NCBI GenBank assembly: GCA_042571125.1
Contig: JBHPFU010000002.1
Location: forward strand, 32,985 to 96,984
Direction of reading: 5' to 3'
DNA from: Nanobdellota archaeon
GTDB taxonomy: Archaea; Nanobdellota; Nanobdellia; Woesearchaeales; UBA10107
Length of the DNA: 64,000 nucleotides
Below are positions 44,359 through 52,611 of this stretch, piece by piece. How positions within the stretch are numbered: position 1 is the first letter of the stretch; each line of letters opens with the position of its first letter. Position numbers and translations under genes: made by a program. The notes under the pieces were generated by a model. That model searched no databases. It saw only the letters and a list, made by a program, of their open reading frames with translations, and was not told where the DNA came from.

Positions 44359-44911
44359 AAATTAATGAACTCAATTTCTGCTTTAAAGAATTAATTTTGT
44401 CCTGCACTCTTGCTAAGTCAACAGGAGATTGTTTTCCAGACATTTTTAGTAATTCACTTTTATCTTCTAGCAAGTCTAAAGCTTTTTTCAATGATCTTAT
44501 CTTTTCTGATGGATGAACAAGAGTATGAGGTTCAAGTTCGATTGATTCTAATTCGTTCTCTCTTTCATCGCCTCTTTGTTTTTCTCCGAATGACATAAGA
44601 ATTTCATTTACTTTTTCTAATTTTGCGTCCAATTGATTTGTTTTTTTCTGCAATTGAGATATAGAAGCTTCGTCTTTTTTCTGCGTATTTATTATTTGAT
44701 TTTCTTTTTCAAAAATAGCTGCAATATTCTTTTCTAATTTAACAATCTCCCTCTCAACTTCCTTCTTTTTAGGAGGATATGTATCCAAAGAAACTTTTCT
44801 TATCTTCTTAATTTGCTTATGAACTTTTTCTTCTGCTAATCTTTTTTCTTCTGCCCTCTTAGAAGAAAGTGCTAGATTAGTAAATAGTCTTTCGAAACTA
44901 TTAGAAGTCAT
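44357..44911 (-). CDS. coiled-coil protein, hypothetical
   Basis: 184 aa, heptad-rich. ATGA-type 4-nt overlap with the upstream gene. Confidence 0.4.
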   Translation of the reverse strand: MTSNSFERLFTNLALSSKRAEEKRLAEEKVHKQIKKIRKVSLDTYPPKKKEVEREIVKLEKNIAAIFEKENQIINTQKKDEASISQLQKKTNQLDAKLEKVNEILMSFGEKQRGDERENELESIELEPHTLVHPSEKIRSLKKALDLLEDKSELLKMSGKQSPVDLARVQDKINSLKQKLSSLI

Positions 44912-45453
44912 TTACTTAAAAATCCGCCGAACAGTCCTTTGCTTTCTTTTTTAGGCGGTGCCAGTGGCGGCAAACCTCCGGATGATGCTGGTCTTGCTCC
45001 AGGTGGTGGCGGGAATGACCCCGGCGCTCCAAGAGGAGGCAATCCGCTAGGACCCATTGGTCCTGGTCTAGATGGCATCGATGGTGCTGTTCGTTGTACT
45101 TGCGGTCTTGGTTGCGGAGCTTGCTTTTGCAAGGTATCTGAAACCAAGTCAGCAACAGCAACAATGCCTTTTGCGATCTTTTGGTTTTGATCTATCAATA
45201 AATCTATTTTTTCAAATAATGGATCTATTTTTTTTGCTATTATATCTGTCTCTTTATCTTCTAAACTCATCTGATCTGAAGCATTTTTAAAAATTCCAAC
45301 CAAATCCTTTATTGATTTGTCTAAGTTAGTAATATCATCTTGTAAGGATTTTCCCGACGAAGTACCCCCTAACGGGTTCTTTTTAAGGAAATCAACATCT
45401 CGTTTAAGCTGGCCTACCTCTTTTTCAGAAACTAAAGCATAATCATCTACCAT
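44908..45453 (-). CDS. coiled-coil protein with a Pro/Gly-rich C-terminal tail, hypothetical
   Basis: The N-terminal ~110 aa are helical. The tail is QAPQPRPQVQRTAPSMPSRPGPMGPSGLPPLGAPGSFPPPPGARPASSGGLPPLAPP, followed by an amphipathic LFGGFLSK. Confidence 0.4.
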   Translation of the reverse strand: MVDDYALVSEKEVGQLKRDVDFLKKNPLGGTSSGKSLQDDITNLDKSIKDLVGIFKNASDQMSLEDKETDIIAKKIDPLFEKIDLLIDQNQKIAKGIVAVADLVSDTLQKQAPQPRPQVQRTAPSMPSRPGPMGPSGLPPLGAPGSFPPPPGARPASSGGLPPLAPPKKESKGLFGGFLSK

Positions 45454-45537
45454 TCTAGCACCTCTTTTATTATATAGTGAATCGTCCTATTATAATGACG
45501 ATTTAAGAATATATCTTTTATAAATGTTTTGGTAGAA

Positions 45538-47175
45538 TTACATCATTCCGCCCATATCGGGCATTCCTGGAGGCATTCCCTGCGGCATAGGCTTTGCAGT
45601 ACCTCCTGCAATAACATCATCTATTCTTAGTATCATCTCTGCAACTTCTGCTGCAGATGAAACTGCTTGAGTTTTAATCTTTAATGGCTCCATAATCCCT
45701 GATTTCCAAGCATCAATCACCTTTCCAGAGAAAACATTGATTCCTGCCCATTTTTTTCCTTTATCATGGGCTGCTTTTAGATCTGTAAGAACATCAATTG
45801 GATCAAGTCCTGCATTTTCTGCTAAAGTTATAGGAATAACTTCAATTGAATCTGCAAATGCTAATACAGCTAATTGTTCTCTTCCGTCTAATGAGTTTGC
45901 GAATAATCTTAAGTTTCGAGCAACTTCTGTTTCTGGCGCACCTGCCCCACCAACAACTTTTCCTGAAATCAAAGCAGAAGATAGATCTCCAATTGCATCT
46001 TCCATTGCTCGCTCTGCCTCGGCAACAATATGTTCTGTTCCTCCTCTAATTAATAGAGTAACTGATTTTGTATCAACACATCCTTGAACATAGGTCATTT
46101 CTTCATCGCCGATTACTTTTTCCTCAACAAGTCCTGCTCTTCCTAGGTCAGAGCGAGACAGATCAGCAAGATTTGTGATTATTTTTGCTCCAGTTGCATT
46201 TGCTAGCTGAGCCATATCGGATTTTTTTACTCTTCTGCATGCATAAATTCCATTTTTAGCTAAGTAATGCTGAGCAAGATCATCAATTCCTTTTTGACAG
46301 AAAACAACTGTTGCTCCAGACATCAAAACTTTGTTAGCCATCTCTTTAATCATCTTTTCTTCAACATCAATAAACTGCTGGACTTGGCTTGGATCTGTTA
46401 TCTGGATTTTTGAATCTATTTCTGTATTTTTTATTTCTAATGGGGAATCTAACAATGCAATTTTTGCATTTTTTACATATCTTGGCATTCCTGGATGAAC
46501 TTTTTCTTTATCAAGAACAACTCCTTCAATAATTTGTGAATCGTCAACAGAACCTCCTACCTTTTTTTCTAACTTTATGCTATTCTTATTAACTAGAATC
46601 TGTTTTCCTTCTTTTTCCATAACTTGAAGAACAGCTCTTACTGCTAACCCAGATAATTTATCTTTTGCATGTTCTGCACCTTTACCAGTCATTGCTGTTG
46701 ATGCAATTTGTTTTAATATTTTAAGGTCTTTTTCTGTTACTTTTTCAGAAATATTATCAAGAATTTTTTGTGTTACCTCTTTTGCGATTCTATATCCTTT
46801 TGCAATGATTGTTGAATGTATGTTTTTTTCTAATAATAGTTCGGCATTTTTTAATAATTCGCCGGCCAAAACAACCGCGGTTGTTGTTCCATCACCAACC
46901 TCAGCTTCCTGGGTTTTTGCTACTTCAACAAGCATCTTTGCGGCAGGATGCTCAATCTGCATCTCATTAAGGATTGTGACTCCATCATTTGTGATTACAA
47001 TATCTCCAAGAGAATCAACAAGCATCTTGTCCATGCCTTTTGGCCCTAATGTAGTTCTGACTGTTTCTGCAACCAGTTTAGCAGCCATAATGTTGTTTCT
47101 CTGAGCAGTCTTACCAGAAGTCCTCTGAGTACCCTCAGGCATTATAAAAATAGGTTGTACGTCTTTTGCCATCAT
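45538..47175 (-). CDS. ths: thermosome subunit (group II chaperonin)
   Basis: Has GPKGMDKML, ITNDGVTIL, VGDGTTTAVVLAGELL and a C-terminal GGMM-type tail. Confidence 0.95.
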   Translation of the reverse strand: MMAKDVQPIFIMPEGTQRTSGKTAQRNNIMAAKLVAETVRTTLGPKGMDKMLVDSLGDIVITNDGVTILNEMQIEHPAAKMLVEVAKTQEAEVGDGTTTAVVLAGELLKNAELLLEKNIHSTIIAKGYRIAKEVTQKILDNISEKVTEKDLKILKQIASTAMTGKGAEHAKDKLSGLAVRAVLQVMEKEGKQILVNKNSIKLEKKVGGSVDDSQIIEGVVLDKEKVHPGMPRYVKNAKIALLDSPLEIKNTEIDSKIQITDPSQVQQFIDVEEKMIKEMANKVLMSGATVVFCQKGIDDLAQHYLAKNGIYACRRVKKSDMAQLANATGAKIITNLADLSRSDLGRAGLVEEKVIGDEEMTYVQGCVDTKSVTLLIRGGTEHIVAEAERAMEDAIGDLSSALISGKVVGGAGAPETEVARNLRLFANSLDGREQLAVLAFADSIEVIPITLAENAGLDPIDVLTDLKAAHDKGKKWAGINVFSGKVIDAWKSGIMEPLKIKTQAVSSAAEVAEMILRIDDVIAGGTAKPMPQGMPPGMPDMGGMM

Positions 47176-47203
47176 TCCCCCTGGAATATGCTAGTACAAG
47201 CTA

Positions 47204-47213
47204 ATATATAAAG
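47204..47213 (-). promoter_or_regulatory. TATA box (CTTTATATAT on the minus strand) of the thermosome gene
   Basis: Lies about 29 nt upstream of ATG 47175. Confidence 0.5.
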
Positions 47214-47253
47214 CTTGCTTTTTCACCATTCTGTGAGGATAAAAACCACAAGC

Positions 47254-47261
47254 TTTATAAA
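47254..47261 (+). promoter_or_regulatory. TATA box of the LpxC-like gene
   Basis: TTTATAAA lies only 8 nt before ATG 47270 but 29 nt before ATG 47291. This argues for a leaderless start at 47291. Confidence 0.5.
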
Positions 47262-47290
47262 TTAAAATTATGCAAAGAGATTGTTTAAAA

Positions 47291-48310
47291 ATGAAACGAG
47301 CAACAGTGGATAGTACAGTTGAATTTAGAGGCCCAAACCTCATCCAGGTAAGTGATGCATCTACAGCAGAAGTTCGTCCTGCTGAATGCGGTTCTGGGAT
47401 TGAGTTTATAGTTGGAAAGTATAGAGGCAGTTTTGGTAGTGATAAAGAAAGGATTCCTCTTAATATCAGAAACATATACGCCCGTACGTGGCTTGGAGCA
47501 AGATATGCTGTTCTCTCATCTCACCAAGACAAGCGTTTGATAGGGCGATGGTCTGATGCTGAAGAAGGAACGCACCAGGTACATGTTATAGAACATTTTC
47601 TATCTGCTCTGCATGGTGCAGGAATAACTGATGCAACAGTACTTATAAATGATCTTGGGCACTTTGGTACAGATTCAATTAAAGCATGTGTCCCCTCAAC
47701 AGGTCCTGGGATAAGAGATTATTTCAAAGAATTAAAAAAACACAAAACAGAATTTTATTGGAGAGCGAAAAGTTTAGTGGCAGTAAAGGAAGATAGGTAT
47801 GCACATACTGATAAAAAAACAGGATTAAGAACAAAGATTAGTGTTAGTCCTTCTAAAACTCTTGATATAAACTTGTTATCTGCAAAACATCTGGATGCGA
47901 TTGATCTGGATGAAAAAGGAATTCATATAAAAGATACATACGCAGAATTAGAAAAGCACGTTAGTGCTAAAGCATTAGGAAGATTAAAAGAATGGAGTAA
48001 ATATCTCATTTGGTTATCTGCTAGAAAACTTCCGCTTATTGGTTATAAAGGAATAACTGAAGATAATTATACAATTGTTCATCCTTGGTCTAATACAGAA
48101 AGTGTAGTCAAACAAATGAGACCTCAATATAGGGGCGGAAGGAACGAACATTTGTATCACACTGTTTTTTGTGATTTCCTAGGAGAGCTTTATTCTTTTG
48201 GAAGTCCTGATGTAAAAGCAAAGTTTGAATTAGAGAACACAAATCATCCTACAAGAATTGCAGCACTAAAACAATTCGAAAGACGTGGCGTTTTTAAATA
48301 CACTAGATAA
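47291..48310 (+). CDS. LpxC-fold (UDP-3-O-acyl-GlcNAc deacetylase family) zinc-hydrolase homologue
   Basis: KRATV..VEFRG...AEVRPAECGSGIEF, VHVIEHFLSALHGAGITD, HTVFCDFLGELY and TNH line up with my recollection of E. coli LpxC (KQRTL..., PA..[33 protein letters not shown], SGH). The Glu-His, His, Asp and His catalytic/zinc positions are retained. Confidence 0.55.
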   Translation: MKRATVDSTVEFRGPNLIQVSDASTAEVRPAECGSGIEFIVGKYRGSFGSDKERIPLNIRNIYARTWLGARYAVLSSHQDKRLIGRWSDAEEGTHQVHVIEHFLSALHGAGITDATVLINDLGHFGTDSIKACVPSTGPGIRDYFKELKKHKTEFYWRAKSLVAVKEDRYAHTDKKTGLRTKISVSPSKTLDINLLSAKHLDAIDLDEKGIHIKDTYAELEKHVSAKALGRLKEWSKYLIWLSARKLPLIGYKGITEDNYTIVHPWSNTESVVKQMRPQYRGGRNEHLYHTVFCDFLGELYSFGSPDVKAKFELENTNHPTRIAALKQFERRGVFKYTR

Positions 48311-48312
48311 AA

Positions 48313-48320
48313 TTTATATA
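48313..48320 (+). promoter_or_regulatory. TATA box of cmk
   Basis: TTTATATA lies 22 nt upstream of ATG 48342. Confidence 0.45.
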
Positions 48321-48341
48321 GTCGTTTCTATTTTATGTTCC

Positions 48342-48872
48342 ATGATTATAACAATTTCTGGAAAACCTGGTGCTGGAAAAACTACTTGTGCGAAGATTCT
48401 TGCTGAAAGGTTAGGTAGTAAACATTATTCTATCGGAGATATGCGAGGAAAGTTAGCAGAATCAAAAGGTTTGACAATTGACGGACTTAATGAGTTAGAT
48501 GATCCAAACACACACAGGGAAGTTGATGAATTTCAAGAACAAGTTGGCAAAAAAGAAAATAATTTCGTTATGGATGGGTGGCTTTCTTGGCTTTTTATCC
48601 CGCATGCAGTTAATATTTTCTTTGATGTTGACCCCGATGTTGCTGCAAAAAGAATTTTCAGTACTGAACGGTCAGCAGATGAACCGAAGTATAAAACAAC
48701 AGAAGAATGTAAAAAGATCATTGAAGAAAGGTATAATATAACGCGGGCTCAGACAATGAAATTATATGATGGCGCAGATCTGGACAATAAAGCTAACTTT
48801 GACTTTGTGATTGATACAACCAATCTGACCCAGGAAGAAGTTCTAGACAAAATTACCGAAAAGCTTAAATAA
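48342..48872 (+). CDS. cmk: cytidylate kinase, archaeal type (adenylate-kinase-like fold)
   Basis: MIITISGKPGAGKTTCAKILAERLG..HYSIGD is the typical archaeal Cmk N-terminus. The track ORF starts upstream at 48285, inside the promoter. Confidence 0.7.
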   Translation: MIITISGKPGAGKTTCAKILAERLGSKHYSIGDMRGKLAESKGLTIDGLNELDDPNTHREVDEFQEQVGKKENNFVMDGWLSWLFIPHAVNIFFDVDPDVAAKRIFSTERSADEPKYKTTEECKKIIEERYNITRAQTMKLYDGADLDNKANFDFVIDTTNLTQEEVLDKITEKLK

Positions 48873-48901
48873 GGCCTAAAATAGCATTCTAGAAGGTTAA
48901 A

Positions 48902-49600
48902 ATGGCTGTTAAGACTGGAGAATTTATTGAAATCGAATATACTGGAATGATTAAAGAAGATAGTTTTGTATTCGACACAACAAACGAAAAGATAGCTAAA
49001 GATAACAATATACATGACCCAAAATCAGAATACACTCCGATTGTAATCTGTATTGGCCAAGGTCAATTAATAAAAGGACTTGATGCTGACATAGAAGGGA
49101 AAGATGTTGGGAAAGATTATACAATTGATGTTCTGCCTGAAAATGCTTTTGGAAAAAAGAGCGCTAAATTATTAAAATTAGTTCCAACAAGTGTTTTCAG
49201 AAAACAAAACATTGTTCCTCAAGTAGGATTGCCAGTCAATATTGATGGAACAGATGGAACAATAAAAACAGTAACAGGCGGAAGAACTATTGTTGATTTT
49301 AATCATCCGTTAAGCGGAAGAGAAATAACTTACAAATATAAGATTTTAAAGATGGTTACAGACGATGCTGAAAAAATAAAGTCCTTATTGTCTGTTGTTT
49401 TGAATATTCCAATGAAAAATATTGATGTAAAAGTAGATCAAGGAAAAGCGACAATTGAAATGGCTAAAATGCCAGAGCCGATTGAGAAAGAATTTGCTAA
49501 AAAGATTAAGGAATTAATCTCAACAATAAAAGACGTAAAATTCACTGAAAAGGGCGCTAAAAAGCCTAAAACAACGGATATAGAGTCTAAAAAGCAGTAA
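48902..49600 (+). CDS. FKBP-type peptidyl-prolyl cis-trans isomerase (long archaeal form with an IF insert)
   Basis: IEYTGMI..FDTT, GQGQLIKGLD..IEG and VDFNHPLSGREITYKYKI, plus a C-terminal domain. Confidence 0.85.
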   Translation: MAVKTGEFIEIEYTGMIKEDSFVFDTTNEKIAKDNNIHDPKSEYTPIVICIGQGQLIKGLDADIEGKDVGKDYTIDVLPENAFGKKSAKLLKLVPTSVFRKQNIVPQVGLPVNIDGTDGTIKTVTGGRTIVDFNHPLSGREITYKYKILKMVTDDAEKIKSLLSVVLNIPMKNIDVKVDQGKATIEMAKMPEPIEKEFAKKIKELISTIKDVKFTEKGAKKPKTTDIESKKQ

Positions 49601-49655
49601 TCTTTATATATTAGTTGATACTAATTTTTTATATAACTGGTGGGAGAGGTGAAAG

Positions 49656-50771
49656 ATGGAAGGAGAATTTATTCAAACAGTTCAAGAGAACAATCAGGAG
49701 ATTGTTGAGAGACCCGTTTCTAGCGTAACAACCGACGCTGAACTTGAAAATTTTATTTCAAAACAAAAAGCATCAATTAAAGTAATTGGTGTGGGCGGCG
49801 GAGGAAACAATACACTTCAAAGAATGAATGAAATTGGTATTGCAGGCGCAGAAACAATTTCTGTTAACACAGATGCTCAAGATTTATTATACACTTCATC
49901 TGATAAAAAATTACTGATAGGAAAGGAAACTACAAAAGGTCTTGGTGCAGGTTCAATCCCAAAAATGGGTGAAGAAGCTGCAAGAGAATCTGAACCAGAA
50001 ATCAAAAGAATGATTCAGGGTTCAGATATGATATTTGTAACGTGCGGTCTTGGTGGCGGAACAGGAACTGGTGCTGCCCCGGTTATCGCAGATGTTGCTA
50101 AAAAACAAGGCGCATTGACAGTTGGAATCGTAACACTTCCTTTCACAATGGAAGGTCAGAGACGTTATGAAAATGCAACCATCGGTTTAGAAAAGATGGA
50201 AAACACTGTTGATACTTTAATTGTTATTCCAAACGATAAGTTATTGGAGCTTGCTCCTGACTTACCATTACATACTGCGTTTAAGATTGCTGATGAAATC
50301 TTAACAAACTCTGTAAAAGGGATCGCAGAACTGGTTACAAAAACTGGTTTGGTAAACTTAGATTTTGCTGACATCAGAACAGTTATGGGCAACGGAGGAG
50401 TTGCTTTAATCGGTGTTGGTGAATCAGATACTGCTAACAGAGCAGAAGAAGCAGTTGAAAAGGCAATATCAAATCCATTATTAGACGTTGATATTTCGGG
50501 TGCTAACGGCGCATTGATCAATGTTGTAGGCGGTCCGGACATGACATTAGATGAGGCTCGTAAAGTTGTTGAATCTGTGTCTGAAAAACTGGATGAAGAC
50601 GCAAGAATAATCTGGGGAGCTCAGATTTCAGATGACCTATCAGGAGTCTTAAGAGCAATGCTTATTGTTACAGGCGTTAAATCCAATCAAATATTTGGAC
50701 CTGACAGAACACTTGCAACAGAAAAGCAGAAAGAGATTGAGAACGAACTCGGAATAGAGTTTATTGATTAA
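49656..50771 (+). CDS. ftsZ: cell division GTPase FtsZ
   Basis: GVGGGGNN, the tubulin signature [15 protein letters not shown], and NLDFADI. Confidence 0.95.
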   Translation: MEGEFIQTVQENNQEIVERPVSSVTTDAELENFISKQKASIKVIGVGGGGNNTLQRMNEIGIAGAETISVNTDAQDLLYTSSDKKLLIGKETTKGLGAGSIPKMGEEAARESEPEIKRMIQGSDMIFVTCGLGGGTGTGAAPVIADVAKKQGALTVGIVTLPFTMEGQRRYENATIGLEKMENTVDTLIVIPNDKLLELAPDLPLHTAFKIADEILTNSVKGIAELVTKTGLVNLDFADIRTVMGNGGVALIGVGESDTANRAEEAVEKAISNPLLDVDISGANGALINVVGGPDMTLDEARKVVESVSEKLDEDARIIWGAQISDDLSGVLRAMLIVTGVKSNQIFGPDRTLATEKQKEIENELGIEFID

Positions 50772-50773
50772 AA

Positions 50774-50965
50774 ATGGAAGAACCACGGCTTGGAAAAATA
50801 GCCAAGTTAAAGAATTTTTGGAAAGAATCTATTCGAGTTTTAAAGATTACAAAAAAGCCGAATAAAGAAGAATTCAAGGTCATTGTGAAGGTTTCCGGCC
50901 TTGGTATCATTGTTATCGGCCTTGTGGGCTTTTTAGTCGCAATGATTAAACAAGTCTTATTTTAA
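50774..50965 (+). CDS. secE: protein translocase subunit SecE / Sec61-gamma
   Basis: 63 aa with KKPNKEEF followed by one TM helix. Its position upstream of spt5 is conserved. Confidence 0.7.
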   Translation: MEEPRLGKIAKLKNFWKESIRVLKITKKPNKEEFKVIVKVSGLGIIVIGLVGFLVAMIKQVLF

Positions 50966-50970
50966 AAAGA

Positions 50971-50978
50971 TTTATAAA
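50971..50978 (+). promoter_or_regulatory. TATA box of spt5
   Basis: TTTATAAA lies 26 nt before ATG 51004. Confidence 0.5.
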
Positions 50979-51003
50979 TGTTATATAGTGTATTATTTGT
51001 AAA

Positions 51004-51504
51004 ATGAGTGATGAAACCGAAACTAAAAGTGAAGAGTCCGGTAGTGAGATTTATGCTCTTCGTACTACTGCAAACAGAGAAGACCAGGTAATGGACTTTA
51101 TTACCTCAAATGTTGAGAAAAAGAAACTAGAGGTTTATTCTATCTTACATCCTCATGGAATGAGAGGATATATCTTTGTTGAGGCTGGTTCAAGATCTGA
51201 TGCTGAACAAGCTGCTCATGGAATTCCTTATGCAAGAGGAATATTACCAAAGCCGGTTGGGTTTGAAGAGATTGAACAGAACCTAGAACAGGCACCCACA
51301 GAAATGAACATCAAAAAGAATGATATTGCAGAGATTATTTCTGGTCCATTTAAAAGAGAACAATGTAAGATTACAAGAATTGATCCTGTCAAAGGGGATG
51401 TTGTTGTTGAATTGTTAGAAGCAGCAGTTCCAATTCCTATTACTCTAAAGATGGATGCTGTTAAAGTTATCAGAAGAGAAGGCGAAGAGAAAGAAGAAGA
51501 GTAG
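51004..51504 (+). CDS. spt5: transcription elongation factor Spt5 (NusG)
   Basis: Has an NGN domain (IYALRTTANRE...GYIFVEA) and a KOW motif (IAEIISGPFKREQCKITRID). Confidence 0.85.
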   Translation: MSDETETKSEESGSEIYALRTTANREDQVMDFITSNVEKKKLEVYSILHPHGMRGYIFVEAGSRSDAEQAAHGIPYARGILPKPVGFEEIEQNLEQAPTEMNIKKNDIAEIISGPFKREQCKITRIDPVKGDVVVELLEAAVPIPITLKMDAVKVIRREGEEKEEE

Positions 51505-51532
51505 ATTTTCTATATATTAGTTAGAGGAAACC

Positions 51533-51540
51533 TTTATAAA
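51533..51540 (+). promoter_or_regulatory. TATA box of rpl11
   Basis: TTTATAAA sits inside CTTTATAAATCACCTA (51532-51547) and lies 23 nt before ATG 51563, so the mRNA is predicted leaderless. Confidence 0.55.
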
Positions 51541-51562
51541 TCACCTACTATCCCAATATTAC

Positions 51563-52342
51563 ATGGCAACACAGACCATAGAATCATTGATTGAAGGCGG
51601 GAAAGCAACAGCTGCTCCACCATTAGGGCCTGCATTAGGACCATTAGGTGTTAACATAGGAGAAGTCGTTGCTAAGATAAATGAAAAAACAGCTGCTTTC
51701 AAAGGCATGCAAGTGCCTGTAAAAGTTATTGTAGATTCTGATTCAAAAGAGTTTGATATTGAGGTTGGAACACCTCCTGCTTCTGCATTGATAAAAGCAG
51801 AAGTTCACATAGAAAAGGGTTCTGGTAAGCCGAATATAGACAAGGTTGCAGATATTGTAATCGAACAGATAATTAAGATTGCTAAGATGAAAGAAAGTAA
51901 CTTAACTGGAAAAACAATGAAAGAAAAAGTTAAGGAAATTGTTGGAACCTGCAGATCAATGGGTGTTCTTGTAGAGGGAAAAGACGCTGAAGAAGCCATT
52001 AAAATGATTAATGAAGGCAAGTTCGACGAAGAGATAAGATCAGAAAAAACAGAACTATCAGCAGAAGAATTAAAGAATCTAGAAGAAGAAAGAAAGAAGC
52101 TTGCTGCTGACGCTAAAGAAAGAATTGAAAAAGAAGAAGCTGAAGCTAAAAAGATTGTTGATTCCATGGCTGGCAAAGAAAGGTCATCAATTAAAACAAA
52201 ACTTGTAGAAGCTGGAATGTCCAAGGAAACAATAGACAAATTGTTACCTGTTGAAGCCACTCCAGGAGCTGAAGGTGCTGCTCCTGCAGAAGGAGCTAAA
52301 CCAGCTGAAGGCGCTCCAGCACCAGAAGCAAAGAAAGAATAG
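51563..52342 (+). CDS. rpl11: 50S ribosomal protein L11 with a ~95-aa C-terminal extension
   Basis: GGKATAAPPLGPALGPLGVNI...GTCRSMGVLVEGKD is L11. It is followed by a K/E-rich helical segment and an A/P/G/E-rich tail. Confidence 0.85.
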   Translation: MATQTIESLIEGGKATAAPPLGPALGPLGVNIGEVVAKINEKTAAFKGMQVPVKVIVDSDSKEFDIEVGTPPASALIKAEVHIEKGSGKPNIDKVADIVIEQIIKIAKMKESNLTGKTMKEKVKEIVGTCRSMGVLVEGKDAEEAIKMINEGKFDEEIRSEKTELSAEELKNLEEERKKLAADAKERIEKEEAEAKKIVDSMAGKERSSIKTKLVEAGMSKETIDKLLPVEATPGAEGAAPAEGAKPAEGAPAPEAKKE

Positions 52343-52446
52343 ATTTCTTAGATTTTTAATAAAAACTAGTTCTAAGACCGTAAAGTTTAAATATAAGTAT
52401 ATTTATATGTATATATATTAATACATAACTAAGTAATAATATAAGT

Positions 52447-52611
52447 ATGACAGAAATCAAACGTAAGCTGTACAAAAGGGGAAGTTCTTTTGAAACAACT
52501 ATTCCTATGCCTTTGTTATTTGCATTAGACAAATCAAAAAAACATAATGTTCTATTCAAGTTTGATCAAAAAACACAAAAATGGTATGTTGAATTCGAGG
52601 AAGCCAAATGA
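52447..52611 (+). CDS. AbrB/SpoVT-like small DNA-binding protein (54 aa; below the ORF-track cut-off)
   Basis: My translation gives MTEIKRKLYKRGSSFETTIPMPLLFALDKSKKHNVLFKFDQKTQKWYVEFEEAK. The KRGSS.ETTIP pattern resembles swapped-hairpin AbrB domains. The stop overlaps the next ATG (ATGA at 52608-52611). Confidence 0.45.
   Translation: MTEIKRKLYKRGSSFETTIPMPLLFALDKSKKHNVLFKFDQKTQKWYVEFEEAK

Noticed and set aside
44916-45290. Three overlapping ORFs (44916-45164 minus, 44939-45190 plus, 45072-45290 plus) in the GC-rich patch.
   Set aside because: They are by-products of the Pro/Gly-rich coding segment of gene 44908-45453. GC-rich repetitive codons keep several frames open.
47270-47290. The upstream ATG 47270 as the start of the LpxC-like gene.
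   Set aside because: The TATA box ends only 8 nt before it, so transcription should initiate downstream of this ATG. ATG 47291 also aligns with the LpxC N-terminus.
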